From Prorocentrum cordatum (taxonomy: Eukaryota): a DNA stretch of 57,381 nucleotides. The stretch covers positions 62,001 to 119,381 of the forward strand of contig CAUYUJ010000033.1 in NCBI GenBank assembly GCA_963575745.1. The letters run 5' to 3'. The notes under the pieces are model-generated. The model made no database searches. It saw only the letters and a program-made list of their open reading frames with translations, and had not been told where the DNA came from. A program made the position numbers and the translations under genes. Of the stretch, positions 43,566 through 56,560 are shown in pieces; position 1 is the first letter of the stretch, and every line of letters starts with the position of its first letter.

Positions 43566-43857
43566 CTAGTAGTAGTATTAGTAGTAGTCGAAGTAGTAGT
43601 AGTCGTCGTAGTAGTAGTAGTAGTAGTAGTAGTAGTTAGTAGGAGTAGTAGTAGTAGCAGTAGTAGTAGTACAACAGTAGTAGTAGTAGTAGCAGTAGTA
43701 GTAAGTAGCAGCAGTAGTAGTAGTAGTAGTATAGTAAGTAGTAGTATAGTAGTAGTAGTAGCGGTAGTCGAATTATTATTATTGTTAGTAGTAGTAGTAA
43801 GCAGTAGTAGTAGTATTAGTAGCAAGTAGTAGTAGTAGTAGTAAGTAGTAGTATTAT

Positions 43858-43892
<35 letters not shown>

Positions 43893-43922
43893 ATAGTAGT
43901 AGTAGTAGTAGTAGTAGTAGTC

Positions 43923-43976
<54 letters not shown>

Positions 43977-43978
43977 AT
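42722..43978 (+). repeat. Degenerate (GTA)n field
   Basis: Direct inspection. Confidence 0.97.
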
Positions 43979-46028
43979 TGATGTGGAAGGCGTAGTAGCA
44001 GGAAGTGGAGAACAGGTCGCGGAACGGAAGCGTAAGGGAGGAGTGAAAGGGGGGGGAACGGAGAAGGGGAAGGAAAGAGATAATGGCACATAAGGTAACA
44101 GGACAAGAGAAGGAGGAGGGAGGAAGGGGGGCAGGAGGAGGGGGGTGAGGAAAGAGGAGGAGGAGGGATGGAGGGACCGAGGGGGAGGAGGAGGAGGAGG
44201 AGGAGAAGGAGGAGGAGGAGAGGAGGAGGAGGGGGAGGAGGGAGGAGAGGAGGGGAGGAGGAGGAGGGAGGAGGAGGTGGACGAGGGAAGGTGAGGAGGG
44301 AAGAGGGACAGGAAGAGAATACCCTCCTCGGGCGCGCTCGGCGGCCTCGCCCCCTCGCCCCCCGCAGCCGCGCCTGCGCTGACGGCGCCCGGGCTCCACA
44401 GGCGCAGGACGCGAGGACGCAGTTCGAACCTACAGATTCTCGGGTTGGCGCCCCGCGCCTGGGCGTCGGCGGGGGGCGTTCGAGCCAGTGCGTGCGATCT
44501 CGTCGCGGGAGGAGGGGTAGTCAGGACAGCACGATGGTGGGCTTGTTTTCCACCACCACCACCATTAGTAGGAGGGGCAGGGGGTTCTTCTCCTCCTCCT
44601 CCTCCTCCTCCTCCTCCTCCTCTTCTTTCTCCTCCTCATCCTCCACCTGCTCCCCCCGTCCAACGTATGGTGGTGGTGGTGGAAAAAAAAACCCATCAGC
44701 ACAACACAGCGCAACCAATCCCAACCCCGCCAGGACCCCCACTCCCCTGGTGATCCAGAGGGGGTCTGGCTTGGGGTGGGAGTAGCTTCCTGGCCCCCAG
44801 GCCACCCCAAACACGCCCCCGCCCCCGGCCAGGCACCCCGTGGATCGCCAGGCCGAGGGTGGGGCCCTAGAGGGCGTGGGGGTGGGTTGAGCTGCCCTCA
44901 AGTCGGAGGAGGATGAGGACAGAACAGTGTCTAGTCGGCGCGAGCCGTCAGCCCCACCGAAGAGGGCCAACTTCAGCCTGGCTGCCGCCTCCGGCGGGCG
45001 CCGCCGTGGTCCGTCCTGCAGGAGGGCGCCTACCAGTCGGCCTTGGGGTCGATGGGCGTGACCTGGGCGGCGACTGCGACTGCGGCTGCTCTCTTCCTGC
45101 CCGCCTGCCTCGCTCGCTCCCTCCTTCCCCGCTCCTCCCCCTCCTCTACCTCCTCCTCCTCCTCCCTTCTCATCCTCCTTCCCTCCTCCTCCCTTTTCCT
45201 CCTCGTCCTCCTCCCTCCCTCCTCCTCCCTCCTCCTCCCTTTTCCTCCTCGTCCTCCTCCCTCTTCCCTCCCCATCGTCCTCCCTCCTCCTCCCTCCTCC
45301 TGCTCCTCCCTTCTCCTCCTCGTCCTCCTCTCTCCTCTCTCATCCCTCCTCCCCCGCGTCCTCCTCCTCCTCCTCCTCCTCCTCCTCCTAAGAGAACAAC
45401 ATGAGAAACAAACATAGGAGCATACAGAACAGGAGCAGGAGGAGGAAGCGGCAATATCACTGGCACTCCACGCAGGCCGTTGTTTCCAGCTCCTTCGTTA
45501 CTTATTATCATATCCGCCTCCTCCCCCTCTTCTTACCATCATCATCATCATCCCGATCCGTCTCCCCCTCAATTGAGTTTTCTCATCCTACTTCTCCACT
45601 TCGTTTCCCTTTCCCTCCCCCATCGTCCTCCCACCCGTCTCTCTCTCAATCCCCTTCCTTCCACACCCTCCTTTTACTCACCTTTGCCCTGTTCGTTCTC
45701 CACCATGCTGACACTCGTCGTCAACTTATGCATCGACCTCCACCTGCCCTGCGTCCACACCTGCCTATCGCCTATCTGGCCGCCCCCTCACCTCCTCCTC
45801 GGCCCCTTACTCGGCCTCGGCTCCCGCCTCCACCGCCTCCCCCCCCGTCGTCGTTGTCGTCGTCCTCCTCATCCTCCGCGTCCGCCTCATCCCTGTCCTC
45901 CGCCAGCGCCGCCGCATCCTTCTCATCCTCGCACTCGTCTTCCTACATACGCAGGCGGGCACAACATGCCCAGAAGCCTCCTCGCTCACCCGTGCTGTTC
46001 CCCGCAAGCGCGCGAGGGAGGGAAGAGT

Positions 46029-46074
46029 CACACGCACACGCAAACGCACACGCAAACGCACACGCACACGCACA

Positions 46075-46105
<31 letters not shown>

Positions 46106-46521
46106 GCGCACACACGCACACACGCACACACGCACACACGCACACACACGCACACACCCACACACCCACACACCCACCCACCCACACACCCACCCACCCA
46201 CACACCCACACACCCACACACCCACGCACGCACGCACGCACGCACGCACACACACGCACACACACACACACACACACACACGCGCACACACACGCACACA
46301 CACACACGCACACACACGCACACACACACACACCAACACGCACACGCACACGCAAATGCACACGCACACGCACACGCACACGCACGCACGCACGCAAACA
46401 CACACACACACCCACACACATGCACACACAGACACACAGACACACAGACACACAGACACAGCCACAGCCGCACACGCACACACGCGCGCGTGTACACACA
46501 CAAGCGCACCCACGCACCCAC

Positions 46522-46553
<32 letters not shown>

Positions 46554-46632
46554 GCGCACACACACACGCAAACACACACACACACACATACACACACACA
46601 CACACGCGCACACACACACACACACACACGCG
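46029..46632 (+). repeat. (CA)n/(CACG)n alternating purine-pyrimidine tract
   Basis: Direct inspection. Confidence 0.97.
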
Positions 46633-48020
46633 TTGCGCTTGCTCTTCCACTCGCCCATGCTGCTGCTTCTCCTGCTCCTGCTGTTCCTCCCGTTCCTGCT
46701 GCTGCTCCTCATCCGTCTCCTCATCCGCCTCCCCCTCTCCTTCTATCCTCCCCTTCCTTCTCCTTGTCCTTCTCCTCCTCATCCTCCTCCTCCTTCCCAA
46801 TTGTCCTCCTGCGCCTTTTCCCCCCGCCCCTCCCCTGACGTCCTGGGGCCAAGGCCTGTGTCTGAGATCTCCCGGGAGGGGGTGGGGAGGACCAGGACCG
46901 AGGACCGCGAGGATTGAGGAGGATACACACGGCATGCAGTTGGCTTAAAGTTACCAAGAGAAAGAACATTTGGAGATGCGGCGGTCATCGGCGAAGAACG
47001 GGAGACTGTGGGGCAGTGTGCGGAAATCCGTGCTGCCAGAAGCCAGTAGTTGACCGACAACGGGCCACCCCACATCCTTCAAATGAGTGGAATGGCCGGG
47101 ATCAAGCGCCAGTGGCCGTGGTGGGGCTAGTGCGTGGGGGCGATGCCGCGATGCCCGTGGTCTTGGTGGAGCGAGTCCACGGAGAATCCGCTTCTCCGGC
47201 CGCCCCAACATGAGATCTCGGGCACGGGCTTGACACTCACCAGCAGACTTCGACTCGGGCGGGAACTCCTGGAGCCGTGGCTCTGGAACTCCTGGCCTCT
47301 GAAGGCCTCCGCCGCTCCTGCTGGGTCGACCGATCACTCCTGCTTTGCGTCGCACGCGGCGCGACAAACTGTACACTTTCCGACCTTGAGCAGGGACCGA
47401 TCGTCCCGACATTCCTATAGACCAACCACGACATGTTCTTAGAACCCAAACATATTCTAACAACTAAAACAATGTTCTTAGAACGTGAGCCCGATGTGTT
47501 AAAACAAAAAGGTCCCAGCAAGAAATGTTCTAAGAACGTATCGTGGCAACCACACAATGTGATTAGAACATTGTTTGGTAGGCCAAGCACGCCAGGATGC
47601 TTCACCACTGCTTGAAGACCTCTCGCGGCCTCCGGGGGCAGGGTCGCACTCAAGCACTGGCTTCGTGCCGCGGCGCGCGAGCGTCGGGTGGGAGCGTGCC
47701 CTGCACGGGCCCGCCGAATGGAGGAGGAGGAGGACAAGGAGGAGGAGGGAGGGAGGAGGAGGAGAAGTAGGAGGAGGAGGCGGAGGACCAGTGTTAAACC
47801 AAGAGTCATCAACGATGTTGGAACTAACCCTCCCTCCAAGCTCCCTCTTCATAGGCCCCCACAACGGTTCATTTCTATTGAGGAAACTGCCTCGTTGGAA
47901 GACAACCGTTTGAAGATCCTGAAGCATACCAAAACATGGTTCTCGGGATTCCAGCGTCACGAATCAACCTGACTGCTGCGTCTTGACGATCCGGAATCGT
48001 ACCAGAGCGCCATTTTTTTT

Positions 48021-48750
48021 GACTTCCACACCGCGAATCAACATAACTGTGTCACCAGCAAAACCCTGAATCCTTCCAAAGCACCATTTCTGGTACGCTG
48101 ATCATCGGAATCCGTGCAACTCTTGCTCAGTTTTAAAATGAATGTGCGCGGCGCTAAGGCGAAAGCCACAGTTTCAAAACGATCGGCCTTCAATTCGTGA
48201 AATGCTTGCAAATCTTAATAACGTATGTGCGCGGTGCTGAAGCGAGAGCCACATTTTGAATAGGAGCCGCCCTCACTCCGTGAAACTCTTGCAATTTGTT
48301 AGAACGAATGTGCGCGGCGCTAAACCGAAAACCACAGTTTGAAAACGACCCGCCTTCAACCCGTGAAATGCTTGCAAAATTTTAAAAGCGAATGCGCGCG
48401 GCGCTAAAGCGAGAGCCACATTTTGAAAAGGAGCCGCCCTCAAACCGTGAAGCTCTTGCAATTGTTTCAAACGAATGTGCGCGGCGCTAGGGCGAGAACC
48501 ACATTTTGAAAACGACCCGCCTTCAATCCGTGAAACTCTTGCGGCGCTAAGCCGAGAGTCACATATTGAATACCACCCGCCCTCAATCCGTGAAACTCCT
48601 TCATTTGTTTGACGAATGCGCGCGGCGCTAAGGCGAGAGCCACATTTTGAAAACCACCTGCCCTTCATCTGTGAAACTGTTGCCACTTCTTAAGCTTCAG
48701 AATCATAAATGGTGAGGAAGTCTCAGGCCAAACGCCCGGCCAGCTTAAAA
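48021..48750 (+). mobile_element. Element I: asymmetric-IR element with ~83-bp tandem repeat (48140-48680)
   Basis: After a T8 run, gacttccacacc (48021-48032) / ggtgaggaagtc (48711-48722) 11/12 IR, then a ggcc-aaacgccc-ggcc hairpin and an A run; repeat anchors near 48141, 48226, 48307, 48391, 48474. Confidence 0.65.
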
Positions 48751-48799
48751 AACTGGCCATGGGGTGCGACAGGGAGGAGTTATCCATAAGGAGAAGGAA

Positions 48800-49715
48800 T
48801 GGAGGAGGAGGGAGGGAGGAGGAGGAGGAGGGACGGAGGAGGGAGGGAGGAGGAGGAGGAGGAGGAGGAGGAGGACGAGGGAGGAAGGAGGGAGGAGGAG
48901 GAGGGAGGCAGGGAGGGGGGAGGGAGGGGAGGAGGAGGAGGAGGAGGAGGAGGAGGAGGAGGAAAGGAGGAGGAGGAGGAGGAGGGAGGGAGGAGGGAGG
49001 GAGCAGGAAGGGGGTGCGGCGTGCGAGCGTCGGATGGGAGCGTGCCCTCCGCCCGTGGCCCTCGCGCTTCCTGTCTTCGCACGGGCCTGCCCAAGGGAGG
49101 AGGAGGATGGCGATGACGATGGCGATGACGACAACGATGACGATGACGATGATGCTGATGATGACGATGTTGATGATGATGCTGGTCATGATGATCATGC
49201 TGATGACGATGTGGTTGATGATTCGCAGTAGAATGATGCTCATTTAGATGGTGATGATGCCGATGACGACGGTGATGATGACGATGATGATGATGTTGAT
49301 GAGGATGATGATTGTGGTGGTAACGATGATGATGCTGATGATGCTGATGCTGATGATGATGCTTGTGCTGATGATGGGGCTGATGATGAGGATTGCCCGT
49401 ATCATGATGATGATGATGATCATGATGATGACAATGATACTGGTGATGATGATGATGACGATGACGATGGTGGTGGTGGTGGTGGAGATGAGGAGGATGA
49501 GGAGGAGGGAGGATAATGAGGGAAGGAGGAAAGGATGAGGAAGACCAACTCCCGTACCATGATCTGTTTTTGAGAAGCGCCAGCGCCTTGATAATGAAAA
49601 GGGGGAGAAAGAGGAGGAAGAGGAGGAGGAGGAGGAGAAGTAGGAGGAGGAGGAGGAGGAAGAGGAGGAGGAGGAGAAGTAGGAGGAGGAAGAGGAGGCG
49701 GAGAAGGAGGGGATT
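48800..49715 (+). repeat. (GGA)n and (GAT)n low-complexity block
   Basis: Direct inspection. Confidence 0.9.
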
Positions 49716-51369
49716 TTTGGATTGCCTTCTCGTTGAGGCAACTGGCCTGTCGAGTTACGGTGGCGCTGCGGCTAGCGATGCAACTGAAAGAGCGGGATCG
49801 CACGGGCACCTAAGGATTGCAGTATACAGTACCAGTACACCAAACCCACTTCTCCTTACTATCCCACCCACCAATCCGACCCATATCAGACGAGACATGC
49901 CGCGGTCTGAGACACGCGGAATCGAATCATCAGCTGACAGCCGCGGGGCTCAACCCGCGCGGCAGGGCGGTGGGCGCGCAGGCCCGCTCGGGCAGCGACT
50001 GAAAAACGTGGTCTGCGCTAGGACGAGCGGGGCGGCAGGCTGCACAAAGGAGGGCGGTCCTGCAGGCTTTGTGTCGCTGGATCCCTGCCCAAGAGAGGAC
50101 CCTTTCCCAATCTCTAACTGACTGGCAGCAGCGACGACACCATCGCAGCAGGGTGCACTCTCGTCCGATCCACGAATACACAATGCAATGAGCTGCCAAA
50201 GTGGCGCTGTCGTGGGCGCGAGAGAGCACGCACGTCGACGTGAACAATCCCGCCCAGCTTCCCTTCTGAAGTCCCCCAGCCCTTCAATCCCGCAAGCCGC
50301 CCCTTCAAAGAGAGGCAGGCAGCGTGCAAGCAAGAGGGGGGGCGGGCATGCAGGCGAGAGATGCTGGATGCGAGAGAGCGGCGGCAAGTGAGAGAGGCTC
50401 GCTGGCATGCTGGCGAGCCAGCCACCGTGCCTCGCGGGCGGGGGGGGGCGATGCGGCGCTGCCCCCCACCGGCCAGCCTTGGAGAGGCCGCACCAGCAGG
50501 GGGGGGGCGCACTCGGTCAACAGGGGGAGGACTGCAGTCGCCCCGCACACAAGCGTGCGGGGGCCCATGCCCCGCAGGCCCTGGCCGCTTGCTTGCCGGG
50601 GCCACCTGGGCCTGACCCACGCCCGGGCACGTCGGAACGAAACTGACTGATCAATCAGCGCGGCGATCGGAAGGTGGGGAGGGTACAAATGAAGCGCGGG
50701 GCGGCAAAGGGAGGGGCGGCTGGCGGCGAGAGAGCAAGAGAGCGAAAAAGGCAGGTCGCTCCCTCGCTCGTGATCCCTCCAGATCCTCCACCCAACCTGA
50801 TCCTGATCCTCCACCCAACCTTCTACTAGCCAAAGATGCCGCTGCCGAAATTCGGCTGCAACGCCCAAGGAGCTATGCGTGCGGCAAGGCGCGCCTTGCG
50901 TCTATCTCTGGCCTCGGCGCGTTTGCGTTGAATCATGTCACGCTGTGCGTCCGCGAGCTGGACTGGAGTGGGCACAGGAGGGGGGGCAGAGGCAGGGGCG
51001 ACGTGTGACGCAGACGCTGAGTCTTCTAGAAAGGCAAGGGCGTCTGCGTATTCCTGCTCTTCGTCCGCCTCGGCAGGCCCTGTCTGCCGAGGAGTGGCAC
51101 TGGGGTCGTACACGAGGGACGGCTCGGGCAAATCGGCAACTGGCCTTTCACCTGGGAGCTCGGGGGGCAAGAACCTAGAGCTTTCAGGATCGGCGCGGAG
51201 GCGTCGCCTCGTGGCTCCTACGAAATCGGGGGCCCACTCCTCGTTCGTGCCTAGATACGAGTCCCATGCAACATAAAAAGCCTCTGGTGCCCCACGGGGT
51301 GCCCATTCCTCCTCCTCCAGGTCCTCAGGCCATGCCTGAGGGTCGCTCGTCACACGCATATGATTGACC

Positions 51370-52120
51370 GCATCCACGATACCGTGAGCCAAGACCTGAC
51401 AAAGCGCGGGGGGTATGTCTTCTTTTTGGCCGTCCGCCATTCATCCTTCTGACCGTCGAAACCCAAGAGCACTTCGTGGGCGTTCCGACCGTGTGAGCAG
51501 CGTCCGCGGCCAGGCGTTTCCAAAAGGCGATCATGCAGTGTACGCGTCCTCAAGGCCAGAATTCGTGTAGGCGCGCGAGCGCACCGACCGTGTTCGCACT
51601 GATCGAAATCGGTTGTAGAGGCCGCTGGGGACGACATGATCGCACGCAAAGGTGGGCACAATAATGAACTCACAGCCTCTTGTCGCCACGACGCTGGTAC
51701 TGGGTGCTCCATCCAACAACAAGTGCCGACGGCAAGGTGAACGGCGAAGAGTTCTATCATGGCTCCTAGGAGCTCGTTGCCAACACGTACCTGCTCCATC
51801 TGACGCGGTGCAATGGCAAGCATGCCCCAGAAGTCATCGTGGGACCGCAGTGGTGGGGGCCCCATGTCCCGAGCCCATCGGATGGCGGACCAGGTCTCGC
51901 AGGGAGGCCCACCTCCAGAGAGGACCACCCTGCGCGCACGTATGTGTTCCTTCCAAACCTCCAAGGTCTGGGGCCGCATCATATTCCCAAGGACGGGGTC
52001 GATAGCAATGTCTATGGACAGGACCGTGACCGTAACATCAACGTCGTAGTGTGTCTACTCTAAACATGCCTGAATATCCTCTGGGCGTCGACGCCCACAA
52101 AACAAGTTGAGGACATAATA
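51370..52120 (-). pseudogene. C5 cytosine DNA methyltransferase-like domain of the LINE polyprotein
   Basis: Motif I VLNLFCG (~52094-52114), II VLSIDI, III GNM, IV GGPPCETWS (catalytic PC ~51899), VI WMEHP, VIII-like RAPTRIL, X-like YPPALC. In-frame TAG at 52055-57; 1-nt deletion in G6 at 51408-51413. Confidence 0.85.
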
Positions 52121-52544
52121 CTCGGCCCGCTTGATGGCAACAGGTAATGCCTGTGCCACCAGGCCTGTATACTGGTCGGGTAGGAACATGCGGGTGGGGT
52201 AGCGTTCTGTCTGGACAGGTGGGTAGGGCGCGACATCCACGTCATCTAGTCCTGGCAGAGGTGCTGGTGGTGGTAGGAAGGCTGCTCGGGCGTCGTCAGT
52301 GAGATAGGGGTCAGCCTCCAGTAGGGCCATGCGTGCGTCCTGCTGTGAGAGGTGGAGGTGGTTGGTGGCTTCCTCGGTTAGTGGGCCGGACGCCTCGGTA
52401 GTGGGCACGACCACGTGCCGACGGGGTATACGTACTTGGGCAGTAGTGCCCGGTGGCTTGGGGATGGGTTGTGGCTGCAGGTGATGGGCTGGGTTGTTGG
52501 TCTGTAGCAAACACACAAGTAAACACCGTGGTGACCCCAATGCC

Positions 52545-52712
52545 ACATGGTCCACTAGGTGAGCCCGAGCGTAGAACGTAGTGAGGCACGTAGTGCAGGT
52601 GCCGCTGGGGCATGCGTAGCCCTTTGCGAGTGTTGACAGCTGGCGGTGTGCGCGCGCAATATGTGTCCGCATGGCTCGATGGCGTGAGTACTGTGTGCTG
52701 CACCACGGGCAT
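52545..52712 (-). other. Two C2H2-like zinc fingers in the LINE polyprotein
   Basis: CPWC...HIARAH and CTTC...HLVDH. Confidence 0.7.
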
Positions 52713-53439
52713 GTATGCATGGCATGTGCGGTAGGGGGTGGGGGATCCACGATGAGCCCGCGCTCGTTAGTGTAGATACGGTCGGGGACTCCTACGGGCT
52801 TCACAACGGCAAAGAACTGGCGTTCGACATGCTGCGCCAACGTCACACGTGCTGCATACTGTGCGTGTGCATGTAACCCAGCCTGAATAAGGCGCTTCCA
52901 TGCTGGCTGACTGCAACGAATACGAGACTCCCGTGCGGCAAAGTCGTCGGCTGGGCGGGGGAACTCACCCAGGGCGGGGAGCGCCTGTTGTAGCCAACCG
53001 AGATCCTCATACCAAAGTCCCAGGATTGTCCGATTTTGGGTGTTCGTATCGGCGGCGGCGTGCCACTCGGCCGCGACAAGCCCGAACGCGACCGAAGGAC
53101 CTGTGTGGACCAGGGACCCAAGTAGCCGAAGTCTGGCGGCCCGTAGGATCATGACTGGAGAGGGTCGACGCAAACGTGCCAGTACCAACTGATCAGAGAC
53201 CTGCGAAATGTCCTCGCGATAGCTGGCACGGGCGGCTGCACGATACACCTTCATGACCTCAACGTGTATGAGATGGGCTTCGGCACGAGTGAGGGCGGGC
53301 CAAGCCCCAAGACTAAGGCGCTCTCTCACATCCAAGTCATCGGTGGCAAACACCCGTCGTCGTAGCACTTGCAGGGAGGCGACCGATGACGACGACCGAT
53401 AACGGATTTCTGGAGTCATGACACCTCCCGCATCGAACA

Positions 53440-54650
53440 CCGAGCCCAGATGGATATAGTTGTGTACAATGGGCGCCTGAATCCGTCCCAGAAATTCCGA
53501 GACGCCAACCATGTATCCTCCATATTCATGCCACGCGGCATGCCTAGCCTTTTTAAGTCCGGGTCCGCGCCACGAAATCAAAGCCGCCGTTTTGGACGGT
53601 CCCAGGTTGAGTTTGTGTCCTCGGGTGGCGAACGCCTCGGACACACATACAAGAACTCGGCTGAGTCCATCATCCAGCTGACTCGCAGGCATGATTAGGA
53701 TGACGATTCCAGCATCGGCATACGAAATATCGAGTAATGGTAGAGTGGGTTGGGGTCGTTCAGTCGGGTCAGTAGGCAGTAATGCTGCCGGCGACCTGCC
53801 TGTCGGTGGTGGGAGAAGGTGGGCATATCCTTGATCGGTAAGCTGGGTGCGGACATCCTTCATGCAGTCGGCCATTTGGAGTTCAAATAGAACATCAGCT
53901 AGGGGCTGCCCAGGAAAGAAGGATCTCTGTGGGAACGAGACTTGATCGGACCCTTCGCAGACAAACCAGGGGGCCTGGTAGCATTGGCCGACTTGGGCTA
54001 CCACATGTCGGTCGACATCCGAGTTGTTGAGGGCCGCGGGCTGCTCACTGAGTCTCTGGGCAAGCTGAGGCATCACAGAGGGCGGTAGTCCGGCGGCTCG
54101 CACCAACGTCGCAACTGTATCGTCATCGAGCTCGGTCTCGTGGCAGGCACGTGTAACGAGCTCGCGAATGGCCCGATAAAACGCTTGTACCACGTCCAGA
54201 AACAGGGCTCCCAAACTCATGTTCTGCCGTTGGGCTAGAGCCTGTGCAGTACGTAGTATGAGGGATGCGTGGGCGGTGCCGCGGCCTGGGAGGCCCCCGA
54301 ACTGGGTTTCGCCTGCCTCCTGGGCCAGAAAGGGAAGTAGCTGTTTCCGTATACACCTCCGAGACGCCTTTCCTATCTGGGACGAGACGAGAATAGAAGC
54401 ATTGTGTCGGGTCCGCTTGACCAGACTTGATGAGATCCCTGTAAAATCCACCCTTCCACTGTATAGGCTCCACTAGTGTAAGGGAGAACTTGAGTTGGAG
54501 TGGGTAGTAGTATGTAGCGACGGCAGCAGGGCACGCTCGCACACGGCCTCCTGGGATCCCGTCACAACCTGGGGCCGAACGACGAGCCTGTCGGCAAGAC
54601 CACTGAAAGTCGGAAAGAGTCGGGATTGTGGCAAGCGAGACTGGCGTATC
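53440..54650 (-). pseudogene. Non-LTR reverse transcriptase domain (inactive)
   Basis: SAPGCDGIP, EPIQWKGG, QFGGLPGRGT, LFLDVVQAF, PGQPLADVLF, YADA (for YADD; 53711-53722), LNLGPSKT, YIHLGS; frameshift near 54395. Confidence 0.92.
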
Positions 54651-55699
54651 GATCGGCATGCCGTCATACGGTGCACGTCCGAAATGCCCTGCTATGTGGG
54701 GGATATCAGCCATAGTGAAGGTGGCCCCGAGCTCGAGGCTGGCAAAGTGTTGTTGCCAACGCTGGGCAACTGCTCGCTCCGACACAAGAGGCTGTCCCGT
54801 GATGTCGCGTAGGGCCGGGAGGACACGATCGATCTTGCGCCTTTTGGACCCTGCCCCAATACGTCGCAAAGCCGAATAAGCCTCGGCAAACTGCCGTCGG
54901 TCCCAGGCGCTTTTGACTCCCTTGGCAATGGCCGCGCAATGCCAGGCATAATCGAGTCCCGTGGATTGTTGAATTACGTACGTGGCGGCACGCAAAAATA
55001 TGTAGCTGGTGGCCCAGTAAAACCCCATCCACCCCTGGCAAAGCTCCAGTATGGTTCCCAGTTGAAAACAGTGTCCAGACGGTGGGAATACTAGTTCGGC
55101 GGCGGTAGGTAGGCGGGCTAAGTATCTGAGGCCCACTAAATGGTCCTGGTTGAAGGGTGGGTAGGTGTACTTGGTTGTTGGACTGCGAAGTGGCAGGGTA
55201 AACGGGGCAGCGCAGTCCATGACTGTGTCAGTAGCCTTCGCGATGGTGCGGAATGCACACAGTAGTGGGTAGTGGGACGGGCTCTCGCGCCATGAATGGC
55301 GCCAAGTCAAAGTACGATGGCAGAACCAAGTGCCACTCTCAGCACCGTCGGTGGCCCAAGCGGTGAACACGAACGTGAGCAGTAGGCGGGACAGTTGTGA
55401 CCGCAGGGCCCGTAGGGCCGCACGTCCTTGAGTTCTAAGGTCCATGAGGTCCAGGGGTCCCTTGGATATCCAACCGTGTTTGGCCTGTCAGCCACTCTCC
55501 GAAGTACTGGGCGGGAAGGCAACCTGGGCTGCGTGCAAGATGTGCTGGTTCAAGTGATCAGCATGGTCGTCCGGGTGGGTTTGGTAGGTGGGCTGAGGCA
55601 CTGACTCAAGCTCACGAACGAATGCGGCACAACACTCTGGATCATTGTACTTCGCTTCGTCCACTCGTAATCGGGGCCACGTGTGTGCATGCTGGTATG

Positions 55700-56560
55700 G
55701 CAGAGATGGGTACACGCACACATCTGCCGACACCACAAAATGATTATCACTACGCAGAGAGAGATCAATATCCACTTCCACTGACTGTCGTGCAACGCAC
55801 GACAGCTGTCCGCATGGCACAGTGATGTAATCAATGCGATGCCGTGGGTCAGTCCCTTGAGCCCCAGGGGGAAGCCAGGTACCATGGACCCCAGAAGCCG
55901 AAGGCAACATCGTGGATTGGGCAATCTGTCCCGAGGTTTGCAGAAACTGATGAAAACGAGCCCCAGTGCGGCTCTCGTTTTCGGCGGCAACGTCGCCAAC
56001 GTGATCCGAGACCCGAGAACCCAGAGTAGCATTCGCATCCAACAAACAGCACAGAGGCGCGGGATGCGAGCGCTGGCGCAGGATGCGTTCGATACCGACC
56101 CACCACTCTTCAACCTCGACGCTGTCACGCCTGGAGTGCGGAGCATGCCCGACCAAGATATCGACACACAAATGTGGTGCACGCACAGCAACGAGAAGAT
56201 GATGATAAGCAAAGCTGAGAACACGAACATGGCGGCGAGAGAGCGTACACCCGCGCACGTACTGAATACCTGTGTGCACCCACAGAGCTACCCCACCTGC
56301 ACCCTTCTGTTCAGCAGCGGCGGTGAGCACAATATACTGAGCGGCAGGCGTCCATCCGTTGCGTCGCATCCTAGTCTCGAGCGTGCCGATAAAGAGAAAC
56401 TGACGAGCAGCAAACAAGTGCGCCAGAAACAGCATGCGCCCAGGGGTATCGAGTCCAGCAGCGTCCTGGTACCGACATCGTATCCGCATCCTGCCTCCCT
56501 TCCGCGCAGCCTTCCTCCTCGGCCGTAGTGTAAGAACATTGGCCACAGCAAACCTGACAA
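55700..56560 (-). pseudogene. APE-type (EEP fold) endonuclease domain
   Basis: VANVLTL, GTLETR, GGVALWV, GHAPH, LDANA, RIDYI, SDNHFVV. Confidence 0.9.

Noticed and set aside
50100..50826. LINE 3' tail and target-site duplication
   Set aside because: No poly(A) or tandem tail and no duplicated flank could be identified by eye; the 5' end may be truncated or lie outside the window.
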